NCBI GenBank assembly: GCA_039180995.1
Contig: JBCDCW010000001.1
Location: 1 to 49,780, forward strand
Length of the DNA stretch: 49,780 bases
Source: Pseudomonadota bacterium
GTDB taxonomy: Bacteria > Pseudomonadota > Alphaproteobacteria > Rhodobacterales > Rhodobacteraceae
Direction of reading: 5' to 3'
Position numbers and translations under genes: made by a program. Numbering within the stretch: position 1 is the first letter of the stretch; each line of letters opens with the position of its first letter. Shown in pieces: positions 41,365 to 49,780 of this stretch. The notes beneath the pieces are model-generated. The model saw only the letters and a list, made by a program, of their open reading frames with translations, was not told where the DNA came from and did no database searches.

Positions 41365-42204
41365 TCAGCCGCCGTCGGTCGGTTGGATGTTGTCGGGGCA
41401 GGGCACCGGGATCATCACCGCTTCGGCCCCGCGGCGGGTCCGAACGGTGCAAACCCGGCGGGTCTGCTGCGCCTCCGGCGCGCCCAGCACTTCGCGCAAG
41501 GTCGCGGTCACGCCGTCCGATTCCGTGTCGTCGCGCACCCCGACCAGGGCCAGCGACAAGCTGCCCGTGGCTTGGGCCTGGGCCAGTTTGGCGACGACAT
41601 CCGGCGTGGCCTCGACGGTCACGTTTCGCGCGATGGTCGGGTTGTTGCGCTCTTCGTCGGTCTGCTGGTCGATGGCGATCAGCGGCAGGTTGGAATGGAT
41701 CAGGCGGGTCATACCGCCTTCGCCGCCGCCACCGGTCCAGTAGACGTCGACCCGGTCGCCGGGGCGCAGGAAGCCCGAAACGCCGGAATTCACGTCGACC
41801 GACAGGGTGAAGGCGCGCATGCCCTTGGTCAGCGCGGCGGCCAGCCCGGCCTCTTCGCCGGGCTCGGTCACCTTCACCAGCGACAGCGGCTCATCGCGCT
41901 CCATCACCCGCAAGACGGTGCGGATGCCCTCATTGTCGGGTGGGAAGACGTCGTCGATGCTCATGAACGCGCCCGACGGGATCGCGTTTGCGGGCCAGGG
42001 GATCGTCCGGATATCCGTCTTGCGCAGCGCGTCGCCATAGCGAAGCTGCCGGCGCACGACGACGACATCCTTTACGGGCACGATCTGCTGCTGGGTGGCC
42101 GACAGCGCATTTTGGTAGCTGGCGAAGCGCTGTTGGGCCGTATGGACGGCAAAACCGGCAAGGCCGAGGCCGGCGATAAGGACGAGGCCGAAAATCAGGC
42201 GCAT
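41365..42204 (-). CDS. cpaB: Flp pilus assembly protein CpaB/RcpC
   Basis: SAF domain, GMRAFTLSV, GVSGFLRPGDRVDV and GSLSLAL. Confidence 0.94.
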   Translation of the reverse strand: MRLIFGLVLIAGLGLAGFAVHTAQQRFASYQNALSATQQQIVPVKDVVVVRRQLRYGDALRKTDIRTIPWPANAIPSGAFMSIDDVFPPDNEGIRTVLRVMERDEPLSLVKVTEPGEEAGLAAALTKGMRAFTLSVDVNSGVSGFLRPGDRVDVYWTGGGGEGGMTRLIHSNLPLIAIDQQTDEERNNPTIARNVTVEATPDVVAKLAQAQATGSLSLALVGVRDDTESDGVTATLREVLGAPEAQQTRRVCTVRTRRGAEAVMIPVPCPDNIQPTDGG

Positions 42205-42348
42205 GTCTCGAATTCCTCAGGTTGAACACAGTTGCGGCAAACCCGCTTGACCTCATGTCCTAGCCGTCGAATGGGGCAAGAGAATGGTTGTCTGGTGCCA
42301 GGAGCGAGACGATCTCGTCGAGATGTGCGGATCGTCGGGCTCCCGACT

Positions 42349-42546
42349 CTAACGCCCATCCGGCAGCGGCAACGCTTCGATCCGCATCGGCGCCCCGGCC
42401 AAACCCGCGGTCTGGCTGGCCGACATGGCGACGAAGCTGACGGCGACCATGATTGCCACGACCGCGACGATTCCGACGGCGCCATCGGCGATGATGATCT
42501 GCATTTGGGGTTTGGGCGTGTCGGTTTGATCTTGGGGGTGGGGCAT
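42349..42546 (-). CDS. Small single-TM hypothetical protein
   Basis: 65 aa MPHPQDQTDTPKPQMQIIIADGAVGIVAVVAIMVAVSFVAMSA..., located between a pilin gene and cpaB. Confidence 0.45.
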   Translation of the reverse strand: MPHPQDQTDTPKPQMQIIIADGAVGIVAVVAIMVAVSFVAMSASQTAGLAGAPMRIEALPLPDGR

Positions 42547-42749
42547 CGTATCGGTCCGTGGCGTCAGGTCGTGATCCTTAGAAGGCACCGAGATGTGCCG
42601 ATGCCATCGGGCCGTGCTCGTCTGACACGCGGTCCTTTGGCGGTTGTGACCGTCGTAGGGGTCAAATTGGGCAGAATTGGGCCCAACCCGGGTTGCCGTC
42701 ATGTCACACTTACGCCGTCGTGGGACCAATGGGCCGTCCCGAAACGCAT

Positions 42750-42778
42750 AAGCCCCGCGCCGTCTGGCACGGGGCTTT
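42750..42778 (-). terminator. Terminator after the second pilin gene
   Basis: aagccccgcgcc-gtct-ggcacggggctt hairpin. Confidence 0.7.
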
Positions 42779-42798
42779 CCCTGACATCGAGCTAAGCC

Positions 42799-43023
42799 TT
42801 ACCGGCAATGCTCGAACTGGCTGGTATCGACCCGCGTAAAAGTGGTTTCGATCACCGTCCCGCAATTCCGCTGGGCGACTTCGGTGGTCGTGTTCTGGAT
42901 CCCGTCGCGCACGGTGGCGGCGTAGCTCAGCCCCAACCCGACGACGGCCGCGGCCAGTACCACGAACTCCACGGTCACGGCGCCGGTTTCGTCTCGGACG
43001 AAGGTCGTAAGTGCATTGATCAT
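42799..43023 (-). CDS. Flp family type IVc pilin
   Basis: MINALTTFVRDETG/AVTVEFVVLAAAVVGLG with E at +5. RBS GGGGGA. Confidence 0.85.
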   Translation of the reverse strand: MINALTTFVRDETGAVTVEFVVLAAAVVGLGLSYAATVRDGIQNTTTEVAQRNCGTVIETTFTRVDTSQFEHCR

Positions 43024-43168
43024 TAATTTGTCCCCCAAACTGACTAAAATCCGAAGTGGCCTTCGAAAGGCAGTAATGGGGGAAGAATGGGGCAGAATTA
43101 TGCGAGAATAGGGCAGCCTAGCAGGGACGGTTTCGTCAATTTATCCCTATTGTATCCTGTAATAAGAA

Positions 43169-43198
43169 GGACCCCGCACCGGAGAGATGCAGGGCCCC
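43169..43198 (-). terminator. Hairpin between the two tandem pilin genes
   Basis: Imperfect stem ggaccccgcacc-ggaga-gatgcagggcccc. Confidence 0.5.
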
Positions 43199-43220
43199 AA
43201 CTTCGATTTGATTCGGTGGA

Positions 43221-43466
43221 TCAGCCGCCGGTGCCGTTCGGGTCGCAGTTCGCGCTCGCCTGGTTGGCCGTGGTTCCGCCGAAGGTCGTGCCGATGTCGA
43301 TCCCGCAGAGGTTCTGGTTGATCTCGTCCGACAGGTCTTGGACACCACCGCGAACAACGGTCATGACGGCCAGGCCGAGGCCCACCAGGGCGGCGGTCAG
43401 CACGACCCAGTCAACGGTAACGGCGCCGGATTCGTCAGCGGCGAAGGAAGTGAAAGCGTTCAGCAT
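43221..43466 (-). CDS. Flp family type IVc pilin (probable major pilin)
   Basis: MLNAFTSFAADESG/AVTVDWVVLTAALVGLGLAVM. RBS AAGGA. Confidence 0.88.
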   Translation of the reverse strand: MLNAFTSFAADESGAVTVDWVVLTAALVGLGLAVMTVVRGGVQDLSDEINQNLCGIDIGTTFGGTTANQASANCDPNGTGG

Positions 43467-44078
43467 TTGATTGATCCTTGATCTTTATGTGCAGGGCTCA
43501 TTGCCCGTTCGATGAAGACGGTATGATTCCGGATCGGGGCACGAATGGGGCGAAGACGGGACCTTACAGAGGTAAGTCGGCGCGCTTCTTGGGGCCTTCC
43601 TGACGGATCGGGGGTCGCGCCTGCCAGCACGACCCCCTGTCCCTCGGACTGCTTCCGATGGAGATGTGACGTCGTTCCCATGTTTCCTCACCGCCTGCCA
43701 ACGGATCGGGGGGGACTGCTCGACCGTCACGGTCCTTGCCCGGGTATCCCGGTGCATTGCCTTTGGTCGGCTCTCGGGGCGGCGGTCTGCCAACGCGGCC
43801 CCTCGCTTCGACAATTAATCATATGTCGGCGAAATGAGGCGAGATCGTGGCCGTCTTCGGACCAATTGGAGACGATGGGCGATTTACCTGATTTTAATGC
43901 GGGATTGGCAACAACACCGGGACAAGATCAGGGTGTGGACGGGTCGGTATGCGCGGAATTGGATCGAAGGCGGGGCGAATGTCACAGCCCGGCAACGGAA
44001 TACGGGGCCCGGGATGACGGATCGGGCCGGCCCATGGCAATCTGCCTCCAACAATAACGGACCCGAGCAGGCCCAGAC

Positions 44079-44897
44079 ATGAAACCGCTTCTTATGGGCG
44101 CCCTCGTGGCCGCCCTGTCGCTACCCGTTTTCACCGCGCCCAGCCTGGCGGCGGATTTCACCTTCAAGCGGGTGCGCCCGCCTGCGCCCGGCACCACGCA
44201 GCGAATCGATATCCAGATCACCGCCCCCCGGCCCAGCCAGCCCGTCGCGCCCGACACGCCAGTGGCCCGTACCGCACCGGCGGAACCGGCGGATCGCTCG
44301 GACCACCAGGCTTGGTTCTGGGCCTCGGTCTCGCCCTCGATCGAGCCGGTCAATGGCCGATTCCAGAAGGCCGCCCAAATCGCGGCCCGCCCGCCCAGCG
44401 GCAGCGGCGTGGCCGCGCCCCCGCTGGATCACCTGCGCGGCATCGCCCGGGTGCACGGGCCCGAGATCCTGCGCCATTCCGTCGGCACCCGCGTCTCGCC
44501 GGCCCTGGTGCTGGCGCTTATCTCGGTCGAATCGAGCGGCCGGGTCGCCGCCGTGTCCAACAAGGGCGCCACCGGCCTGATGCAATTAATCCCGGCCACA
44601 GCCGAGCGATTCGGCGTCACCGACATGCGGGACCCGTCACAGAACATCGCCGGCGGCGTGGCCTATCTCAACTGGCTCATGGGAGAGTTCGAGAACGATC
44701 CCGTCCTCGCCCTCGCGGGCTACAACGCGGGCGAGGGCGCGGTGCGGCGCCATGACGGCGTGCCGCCTTACGGCGAAACCCGGGCCTATGTCCCCAAAGT
44801 CCTGGCGGCCTGGAACGTTGCACGCCTGATGTGCAGCACGCCGCCGGTCATGCCCGGCGACGGCTGCGTCTTCGACACGTCCCTGACGGACAGCTAA
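44079..44897 (+). CDS. Lytic transglycosylase (SLT domain)
   Basis: ISVESSG, GATGLMQLIPATA, LAGYNAGEGAV and ETRAYVPKV. Divergent from the pilin genes. Confidence 0.93.
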   Translation: MKPLLMGALVAALSLPVFTAPSLAADFTFKRVRPPAPGTTQRIDIQITAPRPSQPVAPDTPVARTAPAEPADRSDHQAWFWASVSPSIEPVNGRFQKAAQIAARPPSGSGVAAPPLDHLRGIARVHGPEILRHSVGTRVSPALVLALISVESSGRVAAVSNKGATGLMQLIPATAERFGVTDMRDPSQNIAGGVAYLNWLMGEFENDPVLALAGYNAGEGAVRRHDGVPPYGETRAYVPKVLAAWNVARLMCSTPPVMPGDGCVFDTSLTDS

Positions 44898-44918
44898 CGC
44901 GCCGGACGATTAAGGTGA

Positions 44919-44963
44919 CCCGCAAAAGCCCTGTCGCGCTTCGCGCTCTCGGGCCTTTGCGGG
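44919..44963. repeat. Long imperfect palindrome (REP-like or bidirectional terminator)
   Basis: cccgcaaaagccc-tgtcgcgcttcgcgctctc-gggcctttgcggg between convergent genes. Confidence 0.5.
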
Positions 44964-45064
44964 GAAGCTTGCGTCGACAATATCGGCCGACGATGTAAGC
45001 GGGCGCGGCGCTGGAGGGCGAGGAGGGACCGCGGACCGAGGGGCCCGCGCGCCCGACGCGCCCA

Positions 45065-45352
45065 CTATTCGATCACGTCCGCCCAGGCCGGATGCTTGCG
45101 CGCCTGCGCTTTCACGAACGGGCAGAGCGCGATCACCCCAAGCCCCTCGGCCCGCATGTCGGCCACCATCCGCTCTGCCAGGGCCAGGCCCGCACCGGTG
45201 CCGCGCAGCGCCTCCGGCACGCCGGTATGATCCACGATGATCTTGCTGGTTCCCATCTTGGAATAGGTCATCTCGGCCTCATGCCCGTCCGACCGCAGGA
45301 CCCAGCGCCCCCCGGTCTCCCCGTCTTCGCGCGAGATGTCGAAGGCCGTCAT
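45065..45352 (-). CDS. Small GNAT-family acetyltransferase (YjdJ-like)
   Basis: IIVDHTGVPEALRGTGAG and LCPFVK. Confidence 0.9.
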   Translation of the reverse strand: MTAFDISREDGETGGRWVLRSDGHEAEMTYSKMGTSKIIVDHTGVPEALRGTGAGLALAERMVADMRAEGLGVIALCPFVKAQARKHPAWADVIE

Positions 45353-45978
45353 CAGTTCACGAGCGTCGCTTCGGTCAGGTCCCGCAGCTCCTGCTCGGAC
45401 ACGCCATCGGCCAGCTCCACCAGCTTCAGCCCGCCCTCGACCACATCCAGCACGCCCAGATTGGTGATGATCCGATCCACCACGGCCTTACCGGTCAGCG
45501 GCAGGGTGCATTCCTTCAACAGCTTCGAATCTCCATGCTTGTTGGCATGGTCCATAACCACGATCACCCGGCCGACCCCGGCGACCAGATCCATGGCGCC
45601 GCCCATCCCCTTCACCAGCTTGCCGGGAATCATCCAGTTCGCCAGGTCGCCGTTCTCGGCCACCTCCATCGCGCCCAACACGGCGGCGGCGATCTTGCCG
45701 CCGCGGATCATCCCGAAACTCGTGGCCGAATCGAAATACGACGTCCGGCGCAGTTCCGTGATCGTCTGCTTGCCCGCATTGATCAGGTCGGGGTCCTCTT
45801 CCCCCTCGATTGGGAACGGCCCCATGCCCAACATCCCGTTCTCGGATTGCAGGGTGATGTCCTTATCGCCCACGTAATTCGCCACCAGGGTCGGAATCCC
45901 GATCCCCAGGTTCACGTACCATCCGTCCTGCAACTCGGCGGCGGCCCGTTCGGCCATCTGATTGCGATCCCAGGGCAT
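45352..45978 (-). CDS. scoB: 3-oxoacid CoA-transferase subunit B
   Basis: YVNLGIGIPT, LQSENG (catalytic Glu) and GMGGAMDLV. Confidence 0.95.
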   Translation of the reverse strand: MPWDRNQMAERAAAELQDGWYVNLGIGIPTLVANYVGDKDITLQSENGMLGMGPFPIEGEEDPDLINAGKQTITELRRTSYFDSATSFGMIRGGKIAAAVLGAMEVAENGDLANWMIPGKLVKGMGGAMDLVAGVGRVIVVMDHANKHGDSKLLKECTLPLTGKAVVDRIITNLGVLDVVEGGLKLVELADGVSEQELRDLTEATLVN

Positions 45979-45993
45979 CGACCCCTCCTGTTC

Positions 45994-47094
45994 CTAGACG
46001 TCCGCGATGCCCACGGGCACGTCGATCATCACCACCGTTCCCGCCGCGCCGCGCACCGGCGTGATCGTGGCGTCCAAACCCCGCGTCAGCGTGTCGATCA
46101 GCCGCCCGCCGACCGAATCGGGGTCCGGGAAGGGCCGGTTCGACGGCAGCCCGACGCCATCGTCGGTCACCACCAGCCGCAGCCCACCGGCGGCCAGCCG
46201 CGACAGGCGCAGCTCGACGAAGCCTTCATCCATCCGCTCGAACGCGTGGCAGAAGGCGTTGTCCAGCACCTCCGATAGCAGCAGCGAGATTCGCACCGCT
46301 GCATCCGGGTTCACCTCCATCGCCTCAATCGCCTGCACATACCGGATCCCCGGCCGGCTTTCCTCATGGGCGATGGCCGTCGCCACGCGGCTGATCAGCG
46401 ACCCCAGGTCGATGCCATGATCGCCGTCCATCCGCTGGTCCGACAGCTTCATTGATTCGTAGACCAGTTGCAGGCATTCCAGCCGCCGCGCGATGGCGTC
46501 GAACGGCGCGAAATCCTCCGGGTCGACCTCGGCGGCCTCGGCGATGGTGGCCAGCACCATCGACAGATCGGCCCGCACCCGCGATTGGATGTTGAACAGC
46601 AGCTCCGCCGCCTCGGCCTCCTCGCGCTCGGTGTCGTAGACCTCTTTCTGGATCCCAAGGAAATAGATCACCTCGTCGTCGGCATCGGTGATCGGCGCGA
46701 TGATCAGCCGGTTCAGGAACGGCTTGCCGTCGGCGCGGTAATTCTGGATGTCGACCGTGACATCTCGGCCCCCGGCAATCGCCGCGCGCAGACGGTCCAC
46801 GTCTTCCTTGTCCGTGTTCTCGCCCTGCAAGAACCGGCAATTCCGCCCCACCACCGCAGACCGCGCGTAACCTGTCGTCCGCTCGAACGCCGCGTTCACA
46901 TAGACGATGGGATTATCCTCGGCCCTTGGGTCGGTCAGCACCATGGCCACGCGCACGCGGCTGAACCCGGCCAGCGCCGTATCGTCGCCCACCACGCTGG
47001 CCAGCTTGCGCCGCGCGAACGCGCCGGGGCGGCTGGGCAGGTTGCCGCCCTTCAGACCGGTCTCGGTCCGCTTATCTTCCAGATCACGGGTCAC
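45994..47094 (-). CDS. LOV-domain sensor with HisKA_2/HATPase-like C-terminus; phospho-acceptor His absent
   Basis: DNPIVYVN and GRNCRFLQG (LOV Cys), NYRADG, N-box SEVLDNAFCHAF, G1 DDGVGLP. The H-box region reads NIQSRVRADL. The GTG start at 47094 overlaps the scoA end; the ORF track extends to 47130. Confidence 0.88.
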   Translation of the reverse strand: MTRDLEDKRTETGLKGGNLPSRPGAFARRKLASVVGDDTALAGFSRVRVAMVLTDPRAEDNPIVYVNAAFERTTGYARSAVVGRNCRFLQGENTDKEDVDRLRAAIAGGRDVTVDIQNYRADGKPFLNRLIIAPITDADDEVIYFLGIQKEVYDTEREEAEAAELLFNIQSRVRADLSMVLATIAEAAEVDPEDFAPFDAIARRLECLQLVYESMKLSDQRMDGDHGIDLGSLISRVATAIAHEESRPGIRYVQAIEAMEVNPDAAVRISLLLSEVLDNAFCHAFERMDEGFVELRLSRLAAGGLRLVVTDDGVGLPSNRPFPDPDSVGGRLIDTLTRGLDATITPVRGAAGTVVMIDVPVGIADV

Positions 47095-47800
47095 GGGGCC
47101 GCGTCGTCCGCTGTTCGATCCGCTTCTCATGTTCGCCCTGGATCAGGCGATGCACATAGATGCCGGGCAGGTGGATATGGTCGGGGTCCAGCGACCCCAG
47201 CGGCACGATCTCCTCCACCTCGGCCACGCAGAGCCGTCCGCACATGGCCGCCGGCGGGTTGAAGTTCCGCGCCGTCTTGCGAAAGATCATGTTCCCGGTT
47301 TCGTCGGCCTTCCAGCCTTTGACGATGGACAGGTCGGCGAAGATCCCCCGCTCCATCACATAGGTGTCGGTCTCGCCATTGGGGCCGGGGAAGTCCTTAT
47401 GCTCCTTCCCCTCGGCGATCACGGTACCCACACCGGTCTTGGTATAGAAGCCGGGAATGCCGCAGCCGCCCGCCCGCATTCGTTCGGCCAGGGTGCCCTG
47501 GGGGTTGAATTCCAATTCCAACTCGCCCGACAGGTATTGGCGCATGAATTCCGCGTTTTCCCCCACATAGGAGGAGATCATCTTCTTCACTTGCCGCGTC
47601 TGCAACAGGATGCCGATGCCGAAATCGTCCACGCCCGCATTGTTCGACGCGAAGGTCAGGTCCTTCGTACCGGCCGCCTTGATCGCACCCAGCAGAAGCT
47701 CGGGAATTCCGCACAGGCCGAAGCCCCCGGCCGCAATGAACATCCCGTCATGCAGAATCCCGTCGAGCGCCGCTTCGGCGGAAGGGTAGATCTTCTTCAT
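47084..47800 (-). CDS. scoA: 3-oxoacid CoA-transferase subunit A
   Basis: GGFGLCGIPE, SNNAG, SYVGEN, PQGTLAERMRAGG and ARNFNP. Confidence 0.95.
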   Translation of the reverse strand: MKKIYPSAEAALDGILHDGMFIAAGGFGLCGIPELLLGAIKAAGTKDLTFASNNAGVDDFGIGILLQTRQVKKMISSYVGENAEFMRQYLSGELELEFNPQGTLAERMRAGGCGIPGFYTKTGVGTVIAEGKEHKDFPGPNGETDTYVMERGIFADLSIVKGWKADETGNMIFRKTARNFNPPAAMCGRLCVAEVEEIVPLGSLDPDHIHLPGIYVHRLIQGEHEKRIEQRTTRPRDP

Positions 47801-47883
47801 GTCCGGTCGTCCTCAGGTCGGTCTGTGGTTGGAGACTTAACCCAACGGGCCCCCGCCTGACAATCGTGCACAATGGTACACGG

Positions 47884-48981
47884 TCACGATCCGTCCCGCG
47901 CCCGGGCCATCTCGCTCAATCGTGACTCCACGAAGCGATCGAAATCGGGCGTGGGCTGTCGTCGGCCGAAGGCCTCGGCGAAGGGGTCGGGGGCGTCGAT
48001 GGAACTCCCGGACATCTCGGCGATGACGGCATGGCCGCAGAACGGGACATAGACCTCCGAATAGCCACCTTCATGGGCCATGACCAACCGTCCGCCGCAG
48101 ATATCGTCCGCCAGGTCCATGACCTGCCGCGTCATCGCCCGGAACGTCTCGACCGTGGCCAGCATCCGGCCAAGCGGGTCGATCAACGCGGCGTCCAGAC
48201 CGCAGGCGATGATCAGAACATCCGGCCGATGCGCCCGGATCGCGGGCAGGGCCAGCCTTTCCATAGCGTGCAGATAGGCGATATGCCCGGCGCCCGGCGG
48301 CAGGGGAATGTTCAAGTTTGCCAAAGCGTCGGTCTCGAACGCGCCGGTATCCAGCGGATAATTGTTCTCCTGATGGATCGACACGGTCAGCACGTCCGGG
48401 TCTGCGGCATAGATCGCTTCGGTCCCGTTGCCGTGATGCACGTCCCAATCCAGCACGGCGACGCGCTGGCACAGGCCAGCGGCGCGGGCCCGTTCCACCG
48501 CCAGGGGGATATTGGCCATCAGGCAAAACCCATTCGGCCGATCCGGCAGGCAATGATGCCCCGGCGGTCGGCTCAGCGCGTAGGCATTGATCAGGTCGCC
48601 TTGCAGAACCGCCTCAAGCGCCTCGGTCACGAGCCCGGCGGACAAAGCCGCGATCTCGTACCCGCCCGGCCCGAACGGGGCGCGGATCCCCAATTCGCCG
48701 CCGCCCGAGTCTGACGCGGCCTCGAACGCGTCCAGATACCCGGCCGGATGCACCCGCAGCAGATCTTCGCGGCCGAGCGGTGCGGCCGACCTCACGTCCA
48801 ATTCAGCCATCAACCCGGTGACATTCATCAGGTTGACCATCCGCCGCTTGGTCTCCGGGTCCTCCGGCAGCCCGCCGCCGCCCGCGATGGGCTGGACCAG
48901 GCCGCCCACCGGCGCCATCTGCGCGTAATTGCCGCCACTATGCCACAGACAGCGTTCGTCGTGGAAAAACCCCGTCGTCAT
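47884..48981 (-). CDS. Class II histone deacetylase-family amidohydrolase
   Basis: RPPGHH, NGFC, DWDVHHGNGT, DPLG and HEGGY. Confidence 0.93.
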   Translation of the reverse strand: MTTGFFHDERCLWHSGGNYAQMAPVGGLVQPIAGGGGLPEDPETKRRMVNLMNVTGLMAELDVRSAAPLGREDLLRVHPAGYLDAFEAASDSGGGELGIRAPFGPGGYEIAALSAGLVTEALEAVLQGDLINAYALSRPPGHHCLPDRPNGFCLMANIPLAVERARAAGLCQRVAVLDWDVHHGNGTEAIYAADPDVLTVSIHQENNYPLDTGAFETDALANLNIPLPPGAGHIAYLHAMERLALPAIRAHRPDVLIIACGLDAALIDPLGRMLATVETFRAMTRQVMDLADDICGGRLVMAHEGGYSEVYVPFCGHAVIAEMSGSSIDAPDPFAEAFGRRQPTPDFDRFVESRLSEMARARDGS

Positions 48982-49057
48982 CGGATAACGCCGCCGGCCG
49001 ATTTCTGCACAAATTGGGAAACGGCCCCTGCGAAATTACCCCAACTTGCGAATTTTC

Positions 49058-49780
49058 TCACAGATACGGGTAGATCGGGAACCGGTCGCACAGCGCTTGG
49101 ACCTTTGCTCTCACCGCCGATTCCACGTCGCCATTCCCATCCACGCCATGGGCGGCCAAACCATCCACGACCTCGCAGATCAACTCGCCCACCTGCCGAA
49201 ACTCCGGCTCCGCGAAGCCCCGCGTTGTGCCCGCGGGCGTGCCCAACCGGATGCCCGAGGTGATGGTCGGCTTCTCCTCGTCGAACGGTATCCCATTCTT
49301 ATTACAGGTAATATGCGCCCGGCCCAATGCGTCCTCGGTCGCGTTGCCCTTCACGCCCTTGGGACGCAGGTCGACCAGCATCAGATGCGTGTCCGTTCCG
49401 CCAGTGACGATGTCCAGCCCGCCCTTCTGCAACTGATCCGCCAAAGCTTTCGCGTTCTCAATGACCTGCGCCTGGTAATCCTTGAACCCGGGCCGCAGGG
49501 CTTCGCCGAAAGCCACCGCCTTGCCTGCGATCACATGCATCAAGGGCCCGCCCTGGATGCCCGGAAAGATCGCCGAATTCACCTTCTTCGCGATGTCCCC
49601 ATCGTCGGTCAGGATCATCCCGCCCCGCGGACCGCGCAGCGTCTTATGCGTCGTCGTCGTGGCCACATGGGCGTGGGGAAAGGGCGACGGATAATGGCCG
49701 GACGCGACCAGCCCAGCAAAATGCGCCATATCCACAAGCAGATAGGCGCCAACGCTGTCGGCGATCTCGCGCATCTTGGC
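49058..49780 (-). CDS. glyA: Serine hydroxymethyltransferase (5' part outside the window)
   Basis: [24 protein letters not shown] (PLP Lys), FPGIQGGP and SGIRLGTPA. Confidence 0.97.
   Translation of the reverse strand, partial: AKMREIADSVGAYLLVDMAHFAGLVASGHYPSPFPHAHVATTTTHKTLRGPRGGMILTDDGDIAKKVNSAIFPGIQGGPLMHVIAGKAVAFGEALRPGFKDYQAQVIENAKALADQLQKGGLDIVTGGTDTHLMLVDLRPKGVKGNATEDALGRAHITCNKNGIPFDEEKPTITSGIRLGTPAGTTRGFAEPEFRQVGELICEVVDGLAAHGVDGNGDVESAVRAKVQALCDRFPIYPYL

Noticed and set aside
29940-43440. Pilin N-terminal similarity as a recent duplication, silent-cassette system or invertible/DGR element
   Set aside because: The copies differ at many synonymous positions and each has an RBS. No recombinase, reverse transcriptase or inverted repeats are visible in the window.

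Overview
High-GC alphaproteobacterial chromosome segment, most consistent with Rhodobacteraceae/Roseobacteraceae (inferred from gene content and order). The left part holds housekeeping and metabolic genes: a truncated GcvT/dimethylglycine-dehydrogenase-like gene, mfd, hemB, cspA, msrA, hss, phoX, rpsD, and an Lhr-core helicase with pdeM. These are interspersed with accessory genes: an orphan BrnA-like protein, an AraC regulator, a doubled YcxB-like protein, a secreted His-rich protein, a delta-class carbonic anhydrase, a stand-alone autoinducer-binding domain and a Hint-domain protein. 29.4-44.9 kb is a Tad/Flp (Cpa) pilus locus with three Flp-type pilins that share an N-terminal helix but have unrelated C-terminal extensions. 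A recurring ~10-11-bp-phased AATGGGGC-like motif lies upstream of the pilin and cpa genes. The right end has a LOV-domain kinase-like gene lacking the phospho-acceptor His, inserted between scoA and scoB, then a class II HDAC-family gene and a truncated glyA. No rRNA, tRNA, CRISPR array or transposase was recognised. All calls come from reading motifs by eye; no database searches were run.
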